Source of the DNA: the human T2T-CHM13v2.0 reference genome, Homo sapiens
Strand: one strand, 5' to 3'
DNA: 64,000 nt
Assembly: GCF_009914755.1 (NCBI RefSeq)
Contig: NC_060938.1
Below are positions 1 to 21,254 of the stretch, piece after piece (position 1 is the stretch's first letter; each line of letters starts with the position of its first letter). A model generated the notes under the pieces. It was not told the DNA's origin, made no database searches, and was given only the letters and a program-made list of their open reading frames with translations. The translations under genes were made by a program, and so were the position numbers.

Positions 1-200
1 CCTGCAGGACTCCTTTCCTCATCCCAGGCTCGGAGGAGAGTTTGCTGGGACTGGTGGGCTGGTTTCCTGCTCTGGGGGGCGGATCACCTTCGGGGCCGCC
101 TCTTGGAGACAGGGGCGCCTAGGGAACGAACAGGTTCGCTTGAGTCACTTACCCGCCGCCGCCTAAGACATTGTGCCACCCTCAATCCGACAATCGAAGA
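1..200 (+). promoter_or_regulatory. GC/CpG-rich 5' end of SLC39A9 (edge of promoter CpG island / start of exon 1) with GC box and AP-1 site
   Basis: CpG-rich relative to the rest of the window; GGGCGG at 77-82; perfect TGAGTCA at 141-147. The TSS cannot be placed and may lie upstream of the window. Confidence 0.5.
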
Positions 201-524
201 AATCGATCATTCGCACATTTTCCCCATTGACTTTTCCCATCTCTGTTAACCCACGAGAATCTAATGACTGGCATCTGAGAACCCAGAGCCTGGGACCTTA
301 GATTGCTGTAAGCTTTCTCTGGTGCTAATATCAGCAAAAAGGGTCTGTTGCCGGGTACGTTCAAGAGGAAGGTGCCTCGTGAACACATCTGCTGGTGGGA
401 AGGCCTAAAGAACTGGAAAGCCCACTCTCTTGGAACCACCACACCTGTTTAAAGAACCTAAGCACCATTTAAAGCCACTGGAAATTTGTTGTCTAGTGGT
501 TGTGGGTGAATAAAGGAGGGCAGA
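1..524 (+). other. SLC39A9: Probable SLC39A9 5' UTR (exon 1 non-coding part)
   Basis: Repeat-free sequence contiguous with the ATG at 525 (context AGAATGG: A at -3, G at +4). The 5' boundary is unknown. Confidence 0.55.
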
Positions 525-620
525 ATGGATGATTTCATCTCCATTAGCCTGCTGTCTCTGGCTATGTTGGTGGGATGTTACGTGGCCGGAATCATTCCCT
601 TGGCTGTTAATTTCTCAGAG
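525..620 (+). CDS. SLC39A9: SLC39A9/ZIP9 coding exon 1 ([32 protein letters not shown])
   Basis: ATG at 525; 96 nt; donor GAG|GTAAGA; recognisable ZIP9 N-terminus/TM1. Confidence 0.97.
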
Positions 621-794
621 GTAAGAAATTCTCAATTTTCTGTCAGCTGTCAGGATGGCTGTGAGATAGTAGTTTTAGTTGCAAAGGGAAGCTGCTTCCC
701 TAGTTAAATCTCAAAGCTGAAGGTCTCATTAAGAAAGACTATCTTTTTTAAAAGATACATGACACTTAATAATAGAAAGAAACCTCATATTCAT

Positions 795-955
795 TAGTGG
801 AATTCTTAACCTGGGGTGGATAGATATTCCACGGAAGATCCTGGAGTATTCTGAATCCCCTAGAATTGCTTACAAAAATTTGAGGTTCTGTGCATTTACC
901 TGGAGAGAGGCACCATAACATTTCTTTTGATTCTCAGAGGTTTCATGGAATCAAG
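795..955. mobile_element. Degraded hAT-Charlie MITE remnant (Charlie4z-like)
   Basis: Contains ttcttaacctggggt...ctggagagagg..ccata..gattctcagagg, resembling a recalled Charlie4z consensus. Confidence 0.35.
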
Positions 956-987
956 ATTCCAGATTGTTATCAAGAAAATAAATGGAG

Positions 988-1235
988 GGCTGGGCGCGGT
1001 GGCTCACGCCTGTAATCTCAGCACTTTGGGAGGCTGAGGTGGAAGGATCGCTTGGGCCCAGGAGTTCTAGACCAGCCTGGGCAACGTGGCGGGACTTTGT
1101 CCCTACAAATGAGGCTGAGGCAGGAGGATCGCTTGACCCCAAGTGGTTGAGGCTGCAGTGAGCCGTGTTTGGGCCACTGCACTCCAGCCTGGACAGCAGA
1201 GTGAGATCCTGTCTCCAAAAAAGAAAAAAAAAGAA
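988..1235 (+). mobile_element. Alu (AluJ-like, internally deleted)
   Basis: GGCTGGGCGCGGTGGCTCACGCC start; A-tail; flanking aaatggag duplication; start of right arm missing. Confidence 0.9.
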
Positions 1236-2027
1236 ATGGAGAATGTTATTTTTCTACATGAACTGAAATCAATATAATAACTTCCTTTTGAGAAAGTCAA
1301 ACACACCTTTCTGAGGAAAGCTGTTTTGTTTTTTGGATGTCTGTACTAGAATGAATGTAAGAAAAAACTAAGATTGTTCTTAACTCACATTTCCTTTTAA
1401 AGAAGGGGAGCCTTGGAATTGATATTCTGAAGTTGTTTCAAATCTATTTGCTTAGCAATGAATTTTTGGTTAATACGTTTTGACATTTTCGTTAATTTGA
1501 TTGGCACCTTGAACAGACGTTAAGCGAGGGTCCCGGGAAGAGGGATAGATGAAAGCACTGTTCAGTGAACATGCTGATAGGTCCTTTAGGTAGGCAAAAG
1601 GAATTCACGAAGTGCACAGCGTTCAAAGATTTAGGGGGGAAAAACTACTACATTCAAAGGGAACAAGATTTCATGAGTTTGTCCTAGAGTTCAGCAGTAA
1701 AATAGGCCCTAGTTTCAGTGCCATTCCTGAAAGTACTTTCAAAGGAGGCCTGAAGTAGAAAGGAAAGGTATAAATGAAATATTAAGTACACCTTGAAGAA
1801 ACCTGAGGAAGAGGAGACATTACAGGTGAAAATAGCCTGTGGGTGGGAAAGAAGGTGGGACAAGGTGTTGTCAGTTTGAGGAAAAGTAAAGCCCATAGCC
1901 AGATGGAACAGATGCTTAAATTGTTGCTGTTCTTTTTCTGTTTCCTTTTTAATCTGTACCCCTCAGCATCTAATGATAGCATTTTAAAAAATTACGTGCA
2001 TTACCTAACTTCACTTAAAAAACTCAA

Positions 2028-2160
2028 GCTGGGTGCGGTGGGGCGCGCCTGTAGTCCTAGCTACTCAAGAGGATAAGGTAGGAGGATTGCTTGAACCCAG
2101 GAGTTGGCCTGGGCAACATTGAGACTCTTTCTCTTAAAAAAAAAAAAAAAGAAAATAAAA
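2028..2160 (+). mobile_element. Alu monomer (FLAM-like)
   Basis: gctgggtgcggtgg...cctgtagtcctagctact...gagactct followed by an A tail. Confidence 0.8.
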
Positions 2161-2309
2161 ATCAGTGACATATAGATGAGGAAACGGAGACTGGATAGGT
2201 TCATGAAGTTTGTTAGAATCAGAAGAGAGGTATTTTTTCAGTCTAGCTTTTCTGACTCAGACTAGTTCGTAGCCACTAAGCATTTCGGCAAAGGTACATG
2301 GTACATATA

Positions 2310-2505
2310 CATGGTAGCCTGTGTGCCAAATCCAGCCTGCAGACTGTTCCATTAGCAGAAGTTTATTATTGTTGTTCTTTACCAGTATTTCCTAGAGGCA
2401 AAGGTTGGGTCGGGCTGAGTAGCAGCTGTTAGGCACAGTCCTCCTTGCCCTTGAAGCCTGTTTCACTTATTTGGGTTACCTGCCTGCCCAGTACTTTGTG
2501 AACCT
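2310..2505. mobile_element. MER102-like hAT DNA transposon remnant
   Basis: cctgtttcacttattt..gttacctgcctg matches the recalled MER102 end; another copy lies in the opposite orientation at ~9650-9900. Confidence 0.5.
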
Positions 2506-3281
2506 GCTATGTTTCCTTTGACATAACCATATTTTCTTATAACTATATTAGAATTGAATTGACATTAGTAGGGCTGACATGTGTGAGATTTGGGTTGGTT
2601 TGTGTATTTTTAAACATATTGAAGTAACATTTATGAATAATCATAATTAATTCTGATAAGCAACCAGTAAAACTTTTTATTTCTATAAAATGCCTTTAAC
2701 TTTACCAATTCCAGTATTTTTTCAAACTACCTTGAATGATTATTGCAATATGCGGATATATACTATTTCCTTTTTCACTAGAAGGAAATGTTTACAGGAG
2801 TGGTGTTAATAACTGGGTCATTAATACAGATAATTAGTATGTCATGTCATTTGTGGCTTTCTTAAATTGACGGTCAGATGGTCTTTTCCAGCTGTAGGTC
2901 TTAAAATGCTAAAATCAGCATTCATAATATCTGTTTATTATTAGAGTAGATGCAATGCATTTTGAGCTATTAGAATAAAAAATGAAAGTTATATATAACT
3001 TAAAGACATCCTAGAATTCAACTAGGATTTCTATCTCCTAGGAACTAAACATATTTTCTAGGTAAATTATGCCATTATTATGGACCAATGTTGTAATGAA
3101 ACTAGTGAGATGGTAAATTTGTAAAAATAAATTTCATTCACGGGGGACTGGAAAGCACCATTTCTTTCCTTAGAAAATAATTCCCCAAACTCCTACACTG
3201 GATAAATGACTTGCCTTTTTAAGGAAGTCTGGCTTTCTTAGAGGCTAGTGTTACTGTTTTACAGTTCACTTTCGTTTACAT

Positions 3282-3503
3282 CAGGGGTGTCCAATCTTTT
3301 GGCTTCCCTGGGCCACATCAGAAGAAGAATTATCTCAAGCCACACATAAAATACACTAACACTAAGATAGGTGATGAGCTAAAAAAAAAAAATGCAAAAA
3401 AAAACTCATAATGTTTTAAGAAAGTTTATGAATTTGTGTAAGGCTTCATTCAAAGTGCTCCTGGGTTGCATGCGGCCCACGAGCCATGAGTTGGACAAGC
3501 TTG
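3282..3503 (+). mobile_element. MER30 (hAT-Charlie MITE)
   Basis: Runs CAGGGGTGTCCAATCTTTTGGC...GGACAAGCTTG; 8-bp TSD gtttacat/atttacat. Confidence 0.85.
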
Positions 3504-3953
3504 ATTTACATGAAAAGATATGCTTTTTATTCATGTTTTTAATCTTGCTGCTGCTTTCTCATTCAATACTTTTTCTAAAAATTTCTCAGAACAGGAATAA
3601 AAGTCAGATGATCAATTATGGCAAGATTAGTATTTAAAAACGAGTTAAAATTAGGTAGTCTGAAATTGCAGTAGTGGTGGGGTCTACCTGCCAGATGTGC
3701 CCACCAAGAGGTTTATGTGACATTGATTTCTCTGTCAGTTTCTCCTCACCCCAAAACTACCTTTCTTGATACTTTTGTGGCCTTCTTCCTTGCCCTTTGA
3801 CCTGGCAACTGTACTTTCATGCCTTAAAAATTTATAAAACAAAGGAAAAAAAATCCGATTCTCAAATGCAATTATAAGTAACTATGATAATCAGGATGTA
3901 AATTTTTTCAGTATACAGGAAAGAGAAACACTTTTAACTTTTAAAGGAGGCCA

Positions 3954-4273
3954 GCCAGGTGCTAAGTGGCTCACGCCTGTAATCCCAGCACTTTGGGAGG
4001 CTGAGGTGGGCGGATTACCTGAGGTCAGGAGTTCGAGACCAGCCTGGCCAACATGGCGAAACCCCATCTCTACTAAAAATACAAAAATTAGCTGGGCGTG
4101 GTGGCATGCGCCTGTAATCCCAGCTACTCAGGAGGCTGAGACAGGAGAATTGCTTGAACCCAGGAGGCGGAGGTTGCAGTGAGCCGAGTCCCACCATTGC
4201 ACTCCAGCCTGGGGAACAAGAGCAAAACTTTGTCTCAGAAAAAAATAAAAATAAATAAATAAAAATAAATAAA
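3954..4273 (+). mobile_element. AluS
   Basis: Full dimer; (AAAT)n tail; TSD taaaggaggcca. Confidence 0.92.
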
Positions 4274-4903
4274 TAAAGGAGGCCAAAGCATGCTTTACAC
4301 AAAGGAAGCCCTGTTTGGTAAGGGAGTGAGACCCGTTGGTTTATAGTTAACACTGTCTTATGTTTTTTCGATTGAATTGCTAATGAGTAGTTTTCTTTGG
4401 CTCTAAATAACAATGTTACATAAGTAGGTTGAGAGCCTATATTACCTAGTATAAACTCAGTGCTGCTGCAGTTGATAAATGGAGCTATGATACAAAAACA
4501 GATGGCTCAAGTGGGATTTCAGATTGATTATCTGAGGGTTGTTACTCACCTGAGTATGTCTCCTCTTTGTCACAGAGCTGGTAACAGAGAGCAAGCTGTT
4601 TTTGGCTCAGAGCTCTACAGCAATATTCCTCAAACTGCCTGGTAAAGGATCAGTTTTTGTTTTTAATTTTTATTTCAATCCATACCAATACACTTATAAA
4701 AATGAAATAGTAGGAAAATGAAGTGAAAAAAAGACATAGAAAATACAAGCCCAAATGTATTGTTAAATTCAACAGATAAAAAATTACTACTATAATTGTA
4801 ATAATCATATTGCTCTAAAAATTTCTGAAGGCTTTATCTCAGTTGCCATACTTTTTTTATTGCAGACCAGTTTGAGTTATAATGCCACATTTTTCATGTA
4901 TTA

Positions 4904-5385
<482 letters not shown>

Positions 5386-6008
5386 ACCAACAGCATAAAT
5401 CCATAAGTTGGCAGATGAAAGTAGTGCTATTCTTAGGATGATTTTAAAGATGAATATGATTAATAATGCACTGATTTCAAAAGGGACTGTCTGAGACAGT
5501 ATCATTCAAAGTCAATGTTACTACTTGAACAAGCTATTAAAATCCAAATCTCTTCTGTTAAATGACCTTCTAGGATTGTTGTGAGGTTGAAATAATATAA
5601 GCACAGGCTTAACACTATGTCTAGAACATAATAAAAACTTTCAAAAATATTGAGGCAGATTCTCAATACTGATTAGAAAAACTTGTAAAGATTTTCATTT
5701 TTATAACTTTGTTCTAATTTATAATTGTTAAACCTTTTATTTGGAAACAGACTTAATAATGGGAAGCTCCTCCCCCTCCTCCCCTTCGCAGTCATGGAAA
5801 CTTCTCGGCAATTTGTTTGGAATCCAAAGGTCTTGTTGTGGGGTTTGGTTTGCATTACTATTTACCATTCTATTTGGAGAGGCCAGGGCTTTTCCTCTAC
5901 CCTCCCTGCTTTATACTATTTTTCTTAGTATTTAACTCTCTTTTCTTCATTATACTTACTCTCATTTTAAGCTTTGTTTTGTTCTTTCGTGTTTTAAAGT
6001 TTTGTGTC

Positions 6009-6362
6009 TGTATTAGTCCATTCTTACACTGCTAATAAAGACATTTCTGAGACTGGGTAATTTATAAACGAAAGAGGTTTGATTGACTCACAATTCAGCA
6101 TAGCTGGGGAGGCCTAAGGAAACTTACAATCATGGCAGAAGAGGAGGCAAACACATCCTTCTTCATGGGGCGGCAGGATGGAGAAGTGCTGAGCAAAAGG
6201 GGGAAAGCCCCTTATAAAACCATCAGATCTCGTGAGAACTCACTGTCACAAGAACAGCAAGAACTCACTATCACAAGAACAGCATGACCTCCCACCAGGT
6301 CCCTCGCATGGGAACTACAACTCAAGATGAGATTTGGGTGGGGACACAACCAAACCATATCA
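6009..6362 (-). mobile_element. THE1 (MaLR) solo LTR
   Basis: Runs TGTATTAGTCC...AAACCATATCA; perfect 5-bp TSD gtgtc; internal 25-bp tandem duplication at 6235-6284. Confidence 0.9.
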
Positions 6363-6625
6363 GTGTCTGATTATAATAACTGACTCATTCATAATAAGTA
6401 TCTTTAGGGGTTTGAGTTACCCGCAAATCAAAGGTTTATTGTGTCTGAAGAACAGATTTATTCAGTATGCTTCTGCCTCTACAATAGGTTCTCTTTGAAG
6501 TAGATTTAACAATGTTACATTTTTAAGGACTTTTATATTGTCTGGTACATTGCTCTTACCCTCTTATGGTAATACAAGAGATTTTATACCTGTTTGGAAT
6601 TTCATTTGTAAATTCTAAGATTTGA

Positions 6626-6740
6626 GCCGGGCATGGTGGCTTATACCTGTAATCCCAGTGCTTTAGGAGGCTGAAGCTGGAAGTTTGCTTGAGGCCAGGA
6701 GTTTGAGACCAACCTGGGCAACAAGTGAGACCCTGTCTCA
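6626..6740 (+). mobile_element. FLAM_C-like Alu monomer
   Basis: gccgggcatggtggcttatacctgtaatccc...gagaccctgtctca. Confidence 0.8.
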
Positions 6741-6994
6741 GATGAATGAACGTAAATTATAAAATTTTAAACTTTGCAATCTCAGTAAATTTATCCATAT
6801 CTGGAAAGAAATCATCAGCTTGTCTTTTCTCAGATTGAACTACAGATTATTGTTTCATAAGGATCCTTGATAAAACTAAGTTTGGATCAAATAAAATCCG
6901 GTTGCAATATGATTCAATATTATTTTCCTGAAAAACTTTGTTTTCTCCAGGATACTATATTGATAAACATAATTAAGACTTATCTGCATAATAA

Positions 6995-7200
6995 TATTAA
7001 TAATGTTTATTGAGCTCTTTCTGTATACCAGGCAATGATATGCACTATCTTATTAATCCTCAGGACCAAGACTATGAGATACTGTTAAACCTCACTTTAC
7101 AAATGAGCAAACTCAGGCTTGAAGAGGTCACAGACTCTGGTAGAGGTGTGATTTGGAACTAAGTCATTTTGATTCCTGTTGCCAAATCAGTCACTTGACT
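6995..7200 (-). mobile_element. MIR
   Basis: atgtttattgag...taatcctc...ctttacaaatgagcaaactcaggc (MIR core, antisense). Confidence 0.6.
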
Positions 7201-7622
7201 ACTAAATGTTGCCTTTCCTAATGAATGCTGTGTAAAGAAGGAATGAAAATAGGATCTACCTAAATTGATGCCTTTAGCTCCCCAAATTAGGAACATCTTT
7301 CATACCTTCCACAGTATATCTCATGCTTTCTGCCTAGTCAGTGGAGTAGAACTTGAAACTCCAGAGGTAAACAGTCTCCAAATACCATTGAAACCTATAA
7401 GAAATAAGTTAATATGTCTTAGATGCCTTTTAAATTAACACCTGCCAATTTGGAATCTGAAGTAGTTCCTATTGTGAACTATCCAAGATGAATTTCACAC
7501 TTGACATCCTCACAGGTTAGTCGTAAATTGTGCTGTTCAAGAAGTGACATCCTTTTCAAGAGAAGATGACATGAAATGGATTCAGAATGTTTCTGTATAT
7601 GATAGTCTTAACCTCTCCTCTA

Positions 7623-7866
<244 letters not shown>

Positions 7867-7984
7867 CTAAGTATGAGTACTGGTATTTCTTAAAACCTAT
7901 AATGAAATTACAGAAATCTCAGTCTTCCTTGAATACTAATATTCAGTTTTTAACTTATTGAAATAAAATGGAAATAAATATTAG

Positions 7985-9546
<1,562 letters not shown>

Positions 9547-9649
9547 TGACTGATAGAGGTAGGTAATGGATCATAAAATCAAATAAGGCTGAACAGAGAA
9601 TTAAGCCTGGAGTAAAATAAGACAGCCCCAGTGTCATGATATATGGCAG

Positions 9650-9900
9650 CTGACCTTCAGTGTCAGTGCCTGGGAGTCATTAGGGAGAAGTGAGAACTGT
9701 GGGCATCTAAAGGGCACATATCATTTGATGACACCAAATCTTCCTATTTTTCCAAAGCTAGAAATCTGGATTTTTATATGAAGTCTCCTGAATTTTATCC
9801 TTTGGCTACTTATTCAAATATTGTATCAGTGCGTGGGCCAAACAACCCATGTTTGTGAGTCTACAAGCCTCTAGACTGCCTGATTTCTAAGCCCTCTGAA
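9650..9900. mobile_element. MER102-like hAT remnant
   Basis: gctagaaatctggatttttatatgaagtctcc...gtgggccaaaca resembles a recalled MER102 consensus. Confidence 0.55.
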
Positions 9901-10494
9901 TGTAGAAGGGGTGGGCAAGCAAGTAGAGGAAGTAAGTTACAGCATGGCAGTGGGGATGGGAGAGACAGAAAAACATTTTGAATTATTACACAACGTCAAA
10001 GTGCAGTTGTTTAGAATCACTTAGTAGAGGGGAAAACATCTCTATGTTCACATTAAAGACACTATGTTCTCTAATTTGACTATAGTATAATAATTAATGA
10101 CACATGTCAACTGATATGTCAGGTTCTACGTTGATTTTAACAGTAACCTTGAAAGGGAAGAATTCTTGTCCTGCTTGTAGATAAGGAAACTGGGCCTCAA
10201 GTTTAGTAAGTACAAATCCCCTATTTATATAGGCTTTAATTAAATTAACAATTTTTTAAAAGACGCTGTGGAAAATTTGGAAAATACGGTAACGTATAAA
10301 AGGAAAATAAAATTATCTATTATCCAACTGTTCAATTAGAATCACTAATAACATTTTTGTTTCTTTTTTTCTATTTGTTTGCATTTTTAACATAGTTAAT
10401 TATGGTTGATATGTACCATTTACATTCTCCCTTTTATAACCTGGTAGTATATCATAAGCATTTTCCTTTATTCTTAAAAACTTGTTCTAGTCAT

Positions 10495-10800
10495 TTGTTG
10501 TTGTTGTTGTTAAGGCAAGGTCTCACTTTCTTACCCAGGCTAGAGTGCAGTGGCATGTTTGTTTTGGTTCACTGTAGCCTCCGCACCCTGGGCCCAAGCG
10601 ATCCTTCTACCTCAACCTCCCTAGTAGGTGGGACTCAGGCATGTGCCACCAGGCCCAGCTAATTTTTGTATTTTTTTAGAGGCAAGGTCTCACTATGTTG
10701 CCCAGGCTGGTCTCAAACTCCTGGGCTCAAGTAATCAATCGTCTTGTCTTGGCCTCCCAAAGTGCTGGGATTGCCAGTAGGGGACCCTGTGCCCTGCCTT
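10495..10800 (-). mobile_element. AluJ
   Basis: Diverged antisense Alu dimer with (TTG)n tail. Confidence 0.85.
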
Positions 10801-11906
10801 GGGCATTTTAAAAAATGTCCTCATTACATTCAATTATGTACAGAAATTCTTAATATGCATTTAATATGTTTTTACATTTTTGTCATGATAATAGTGTTGC
10901 ATGAATATTTTCTTGTCTCAAGCATTGAGTGTATTTCAGATTATTTTTTTCAGGGATAGAATGATGGGGCTAAAGGGCATGAATGTTCTTCAGAAGGTTC
11001 TCAATCTATATTACCAGTTTTTTAAAATGCATTTTTACAACAAATGCAAATAACGCTATATTCTCACAAACATTATCATTATTCATTTTTAAAACTGTAC
11101 CAATTTCATAGAGGAAAAGGTATATTTACTATTTTAGTCTGCTCGGTTCAGTTGAACTCTTATGTATCAATGATATATTTGTTGGCAATGCTTTTCCAGG
11201 TTATTTTTCAATGGATTTTTGTTTGTTTTGGCTTTGTAGTTACATCAAACAATCTTACGGGATTTATATTTATTTCTTTTATGTTTAGAAAGGAATTTTA
11301 TGCAAAAAGAAAAATAAATTAATCTTATTTTCCAAGATTGGAGGAAATGGCATTAATAAAGTACTTGCTTGTTATTACTGCCTTAGAAGGTGTTAAGTAA
11401 CCTTGATGTCAAATGAGTTAGGAAATAGGAAGCTTATATGCCCCTGGCAACATGGCAGAATTGTAACTTCGTTCACTGGAACTTTCATTATTCTTGCAGT
11501 GGAGGTGCTTAGAAGCTTTTTTTTGCATGCTACTGATGATGTTGAAGACAAGTAATAACAACCCCTACTCTGCTAAGTGCACTAATATATCCTGCTCCTA
11601 CACAATAATAATACTAGTAGCAGTAGCCCCTTCTTACAGAGGAGGCCATGAAGCCCAGGAAGGTTAAAGACTTGTCCTGTTTCACACAGCTGCTCCTTAG
11701 AGCCAGGAAGCTTTTGGGCATCTTGTTTCAGCTGTAAGGACTTGAAGAACCAAATTAGATCTGAGTTTTCTTTATTATCTGTTACTAACACTTAGCAGCA
11801 GATAATGTAGTGGCTAAATTGACATTAAGAAATATCTCTTTCTTGAAGCAGGTTTGTTTGTAAGAATATGGGGGAAAACTTTGTTGCCTGAACAAGAGTT
11901 ACTTCA

Positions 11907-12390
<484 letters not shown>

Positions 12391-12922
12391 CTTTAAAAAT
12401 TGTTGGCTTGTCTTTAGGTGAACCAATTTGTTGACTGTTTCTGTGAGCAGGGAAAGAAAGACCATTTAATTACCTTGGTGTCTGCCAAGAAATATTAAAC
12501 TGACTTCAAAGCTTGTGCTGATGGTTAACGGCATAGAGTGCAAGCTGTTGTTTTAATTAATGTATCTAGCAGATCCTTTGGTTCAGTCAGGCTGCAACTG
12601 TGAACTTCTAAAATGAGATAACATAAAACCAATGGCATTGCACAGTTCATGCCTCTCCTGAGCAAATACTTCATTTCACTGACAGAAACTGTTGGTTTGG
12701 GAACTGTCTTTTGATCTTGAATGACACTTGGAATTTGTAGTTCTCCATTTAAATAAACTTTTTAGTGATTAACCATAAGCAAAAGAAAGAACCTGTCAGC
12801 ATTTTGTTAACTTTAATATAAACACAACTTGAGATTGAATCCCAAGTTGTGTGAAAGAATACAGCCATACAAATACATGAAACCACAATTCTAGCGCTTA
12901 AAATAAATCAGATTGAGTCTAA

Positions 12923-13238
<316 letters not shown>

Positions 13239-13265
13239 TATGGCCCTTTATTAAATGTATTTGCC

Positions 13266-13639
<374 letters not shown>

Positions 13640-14228
13640 TCACTGAAAATTCTTGATATAGTTACAAGGAATATATGAGGTCTATTTCCTGGCACAAATA
13701 TTCTAAAGAGGTTCCGCTACATTTGTGTAATTGTTTGTATCAGAGCCCAGTGGCCGGTACCAAGTCCCCAGTGCTTTGCTTGGTGGTGGGCATTTAATTC
13801 ATTCTTTCAATAAATATTTAGGGGAAACTGCTGTGTGCCAGATACTTCCTTATAAATTGAGAATTCAGCAGTAAATTAAAGATCTCTGCCCTGACAGAAT
13901 TGGTAATTTTGTGGGGAAGGGGTTACAGGGACAAACAGTAAACATAGTGTTGAGTGGATATTTAACTTCATTTGGTAAATAAATGCACTTAATTTCAAAG
14001 TGAACTGAAAACAATACAATAGTTTTACCTCACGCTGCCTTTCTTCGAAGGAAATACTGCAAAGCTAGATGATTCATTCAGATTTACCTTGATGGTCTCA
14101 TCCTACAAACTCAAATTCTTTGTTTCTGAATGTTTGATGGCATTATAATTTCATGTTTGCACTTAGATCAGGGTTTTCCAGCTTTTGGGTTTCATAGATC
14201 AGTCATATATTTAAAATTTCAAAGAATC

Positions 14229-14559
<331 letters not shown>

Positions 14560-15168
14560 TTAATTTTGCCATGTAAGGACACTAAAAATAAAAACAAAAA
14601 CTGTTGTCACCATCATTTCTTAAAAGAAAGGACATTATAACCAAAATTAGGTAGGATATAATCTCAGAATAAAAAATAGATCTTTATATTGAAGAAATAA
14701 AGCTTTATGATGTGCTCACTGTATTGTCCTTATTTTATTTTGTCATGAACCATTAGAAACTGTCAATAGAGAAGAATTACAACTATTTATGATTTTGTTT
14801 TTTCTCTCGGTGTTGCTGAGGGATTTTGCTGATTCATACTATTTTGAAAGGTTGCATGAATATCATCTTTTTTGGAGATAAATTTTTTTATAATGGATTG
14901 TATGTATTATGCTATGCAGTGAGCATTGTCATGGAGTGCAATGCTGAATCTAATCATCCCTGTAACCACTAACTAGCTTAGTCATGTGATCTTGGGCAAA
15001 TCACTTCTCATCTTTGGCCTTCGATTCTCCATCTATATATTGAGAGAAAATCATTTTTTATATTTTCTCCCAGTTCTTTAATTTGAATTGATAACTTTGG
15101 TAGCTAATATCCCTATTTTTAAAACATGGGTCTAAAGATTAATAAAAACCTTTACTGTGGCTTTCTAA

Positions 15169-15456
<288 letters not shown>

Positions 15457-15784
15457 TAGTTTTTCATGTGACCCTAGGGTAGAGTATTATGAAGCACTTG
15501 GTAAGTGCCTAGTGAATTGTGGGTTGATCCAGAATTGTGAACACCACTGGTTTCCCCATAATGTTACTGACATAAAATTGTGGTGAATTATTTTTGAGAA
15601 GTATCTGAATGGCAGATGAGATTGTTTAAGGAAAATTTTTGGAAGGGCCTTTTAGTATTCGAATTAGATCTCTGACCTTGATTTCAGAGAACTGCCGTGA
15701 GGAAAGAAGCCTTGTTAAAACTGAATATTCTAAAATGAATCCTTTCAGAAATCCTGGCTAAGTAAATTACTGCCCAGTTAATTT

Positions 15785-16685
15785 TTTTATAAATAGATAA
15801 TTTTATAGAATGAAAGGTACAGATCTTAATATAGGTTGATGAATTTTAGCAAATGTTTACAAATGTAACATCCCAATCAAGATTTAGAACATATCTGTTA
15901 TTCTAGAAAGTAACCTGATGCCACTTTCCAGTGAATCCCCACTGTGTGGCCACCCTCTCATCACTGGTCACCAGAGGCAGTCACTGTTCTGATTTCAATC
16001 TTTATAGATTAGTTTGGCCTGTTTTTAAACTTCATATACATTTATTCATACAGTATATACTCCTTTGTGTAAAGCTTCTTTCACTCAAACATCAGGAAAA
16101 TGTTTATGAGATTTATTCATTTATGTGCTGTATGTAGCCGCAGTTTATTCCTTTTTATTACCAAGTGGTATTCCATTGTTTAAATATACCACAATTTGTT
16201 TATCCATTCTCCTGTCGATGGACATCTGATCCAGATTGTGGCTATTCTTGATGTAGCTTCTATGAATATTCTTGTACAAGTTTTTTGTGGACATATGTTT
16301 TCATTTCTTTTGGGGAAATGAAAAAGGGGAATGCTAGTTTAACTTTATAAGGGACTGCTAATTTTCCAAAGTGGTTGTACCATTTTATGCTGCCACCAGC
16401 AATGTGTGAGTTTTCCAGTTGCTCTATATCTTGTAATTATTTAAAGTTGTCAGTCTTTTCAATTTTGGCCATTTTAATGGGTATGAAAAGGTATCTTGCA
16501 TAGTTTTGATTTACATTTTTCTGATGACTAAATGATGTTGAGCACCTTTTCATGGGCTTATTAGCCATTCATACATCTTTTGTGAAGTGTCTGTGCAGTG
16601 TTTTACCCATTTTTAATTGGTTGTTTGTCTTTTATTATTGAGTTGTAGAAGTTCTTTCTACTTCAAATACAAATCCTTTGTCAGC
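15785..16685 (-). mobile_element. Old L1M (L1MB/ME-type) 3' end
   Basis: Antisense L1 3' region motifs (ttattcctttttatt..gtggtattccattgt..tttatccattc; gatgttgagcaccttttcat). Confidence 0.7.
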
Positions 16686-17341
16686 GTCATGGAGTCTGTT
16701 CTGCCTCCCAAGCCAGTACCCCAACCACTGGAATACTCTCAGTTTACAAGTACCTAGTAGCCATTCTGAATGTATAAGGGTTGACCTGGCTGTGTGCTGG
16801 GGATCGGGGGGATTCTTCTCTTGCTATGTGGCAAGTATTAATTGGTGTTGACGTTGCAGCTTTAGTTTCCCCTTTTTCAATAGATACCTAGATCCCTTTC
16901 TTCCTCTCCAAACAAGGAGGGAGTGATGTTTCAACCAGCCTTTCAGCTAAAAAAAACTATTTTCCCATAGAGATAATATTTACAAAAGCTAGTTAGGCTC
17001 CCAGCCCCTCAGTCAGAAGTTCAGTAATGTATCAGAGATAATAGAGCTACTGTTTTTGCTAACTAACCTCTTTATTATTATTATTATTATACTTTTAAGT
17101 TATAGGGTACATGTGCACAATGTGCAGGTTTGTTACATATGTATACATGTGCCATGTTGGTTTGCTGCACCCATTAACTCGCCATTTACATTAGGTATTT
17201 CTCCTAATGCCATCCCTCCCCCAGCCCCCACCCCACGACAGGCCCTGGTGTGTGATGTTCCCCACCCTGTGTCCAAGTGTTACCCCATGACAGGCCCTGG
17301 TGTGAGATGTTCCCCACCCTGTGTCCAAGTGTTCTCATTGA

Positions 17342-21191
<3,850 letters not shown>

Positions 21192-21254
21192 TATGATGTT
21201 AGCTGGTTGCTTTGCCCGTTAGTTGGTGCAGTTTCTTCCTAGCATTGATGGTCT

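Noticed and set aside
138-148. NRF2 ARE overlapping the AP-1 site
   Set aside because: The minus strand reads TGACTCAAGC, one base off TGACnnnGC; only AP-1 is supported.
182-442. 86-aa minus-strand ORF opposite the 5' leader
   Set aside because: It has a non-ATG start and no recognisable homology. It is not the divergent neighbour gene (ERH, recalled as lying upstream, outside this window).
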